Source: Octopus sinensis (lineage: Eukaryota). Taken from it: a stretch of 21,974 nt of DNA. The notes beneath the pieces are model-generated. The model had not been told where the DNA came from. It searched no databases and worked only from the letters and a program-made list of their open reading frames with translations. Where the stretch lies: contig NW_021823618.1 of the NCBI RefSeq assembly GCF_006345805.1, forward strand, positions 1 to 21,974. Reading direction: 5' to 3'. A program made the position numbers and the translations under genes. Shown here piece after piece: positions 20,550 to 21,974 of the stretch; the stretch's first letter is position 1; the number at the start of each line of letters is the position of its first letter.

Positions 20550-20655
20550 AAAATATGGAATGCTTCACGAATTTGCATGTTATCCTTGCGCAGGCGCCAT
20601 ACTAATCTTCTCTGTATCGTTCCAATTTTAGAATTTGTACCGCCGTAGCAAGTTC
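20550..20655 (-). pseudogene. U6: Full-length U6 snRNA pseudogene
   Basis: Minus strand GAACTTGCTACGGCGGTACAAATTCTAAAATTGGAACGATACAGAGAAGATTAGTATGGCGCCTGCGCAAGGATAACATGCAAATTCGTGAAGCATTCCATATTTT (106 nt). The ACAGAGA box is intact, but the catalytic AGC triad reads AGT and there are CpG transitions. No upstream PSE/TATA is evident; the flank is a SINE tail. Confidence 0.93.
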
Positions 20656-20659
20656 CTTT

Positions 20660-21069
20660 ATTATTTTTATTCATTTACTTGTTTCAGTCCTTTTGCTGCG
20701 GTCATGCTGGAATATTGTCTTAAAGGGTCTTAGTCGAACAAATTGACCCCAGAACTTATTTAAGCTGGGTGCTTATTTTATCAGTTTCTTTTGTTGAACT
20801 GCTAAGTTACGAGTATGTAAACACGCCAACACCTTGTGAAGCAGTGACAGAGGGACAAGCACAGACACAGTCATGCACACACAAAAATATATACATACAT
20901 ACATACATATATATATACACACACACATAATGAGCTTCTTTCAGTTTCTGTCTACCAAATCTAGTCACAAGGCTTTGGTCAGCCCAAGGCTATAGTTGAA
21001 GATACTTACCCAAGGTGCCACACAGTGGGACTGAACCCACAACTATGTGGTTGAGAAGCAAGCTTCTTA

Positions 21070-21078
<9 letters not shown>
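20660..21078 (-). mobile_element. Older SINE A copy whose tail abuts the U6 5' end
   Basis: Reverse complement of SINE A. The head runs into (CA)n at ~21078. Confidence 0.83.
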
Positions 21079-21101
<23 letters not shown>

Positions 21102-21320
21102 GAGATGGACCCTTAGTATCTAAGTGGTCCATCCCCTCGATTTGAGAAGTTTTTTTATTCACTCCTGGAAGAATGCATTATTTCAGCCTGGCTGTGTTTG
21201 TAAGAGAGTTGAAAAGAATACTTTTTACAAAAAAAAAATGATAGCATTGTAGTTGCAGGTGCCCCCCACCCCTTTGTCTCCTGGCACCCAATATTTTAGA
21301 CCAAGTCCACCACTGTATAT

Positions 21321-21974
21321 ATCATCATCATCATCATTTAACATCCGTTTTCCATGCTAGCATGGGTTAGACGGTTCGACTGGAGTCTCGGAAACCAGGA
21401 GGCTGCACCAGGCTCCAATCTGATCTGGCAGTGTTTCTACAGCTGGATGCCCTTCCTAACACCAACCACTCCATGAGTGTAGTGGGTGCTTTTTATGTGC
21501 CACTGGCGGCCGGCAACAGCCATGATCGGCTGGTGCTTTTTAGTGCCACCAGCACGGAAGCCAGTCAAGGCGGCGCTGGCATAGGCCATGTTCAGATGGT
21601 GCTTCTTATGTGCCCCCAGTACGGGTATCACAACTACAATTTCCATTTGATTTTTTGCTGTTGATGTACTTGACTCAATAGGTCTCCTCAAGCACAGCAG
21701 GTCACCCTATGATCCAAGGTAAGCACAGCAGGCCGTTCTGCGATCCAAGGTACTTTGGATGGTCAGGGGCTTGTATGTGAAGCTGGTGCAGGAAACAGCC
21801 ATGAACTCACATTATTTGTCGGGTCTTCGCAGTCACAGCATATCTCCAGAGGTCTCGGTCTTTTGTCATTGCCTCTGTGAGGCCCAATGTTCGACGGTCA
21901 TGTTTGACCACCTCATCCCATGTCTTCCTGGGTCTACCTCTCCCTTGGATTCCTTCAACTGTTATATATATTAT
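21321..21974 (-). mobile_element. RTE-clade LINE 3' fragment (ORF end + 3' UTR + (GAT)n tail)
   Basis: Same tail as the other copies, but it extends into coding sequence. It includes a 31-bp tandem duplication at 21690-21751. Confidence 0.88.
21807..21974 (-). pseudogene. C-terminal fragment of RTE LINE reverse transcriptase ORF
   Basis: Translates ...TVEGIQGRGRPRKTWDEVVKHDRRTLGLTEAMTKDRDLWRYAVTAKTRQIM*, containing the G.R.RGRP..W ... DR..WR signature of RTE-clade ORF ends. Confidence 0.85.

Noticed and set aside
20550-20655. Functional U6 snRNA gene
   Set aside because: The catalytic AGC triad is mutated, about ten substitutions are present including CpG decay, and the upstream flank is a SINE rather than a PSE/TATA promoter.
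21255-21315. hAT-like terminus (minus strand CAGTGGTGGACTTGG...)
   Set aside because: No matching second terminus or 8-bp target-site duplication was found.

Overview
Repeat-dense eukaryotic non-coding DNA. The repeat families look like those of octopus (coleoid cephalopod); this is inferred from recalled family features, not from a database search. Most of the window is (TA)n/(CA)n/(TATG)n/(CT)n microsatellite, four tRNA-derived SINE types (labelled A-D here), 3' ends of an RTE-clade LINE with (GAT)n tails, a mariner transposase remnant plus a related MITE, a non-autonomous Helitron and a Helentron-type (HINE-like) element. No complete protein-coding gene can be supported, and nearly all supplied ORFs are repeat artefacts. 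The best host-gene evidence is a probable minus-strand first exon (about 5930->5561) with a YY1-type motif, several uORFs and ATG|GT at its end, plus a weaker plus-strand exon candidate (9979-10194). The most notable structures are a full-length U6 snRNA pseudogene between two co-oriented SINEs, a ~190-bp near-perfect palindrome and a Helitron each inserted in the (TA)n linker of SINE A, a 5 x 124-bp higher-order array inside a LINE 3' UTR, and SINE B multimers with identical junctions at four loci. I see no strong evidence for a wholly new biological system; the findings are leads in repeat and RNA biology.
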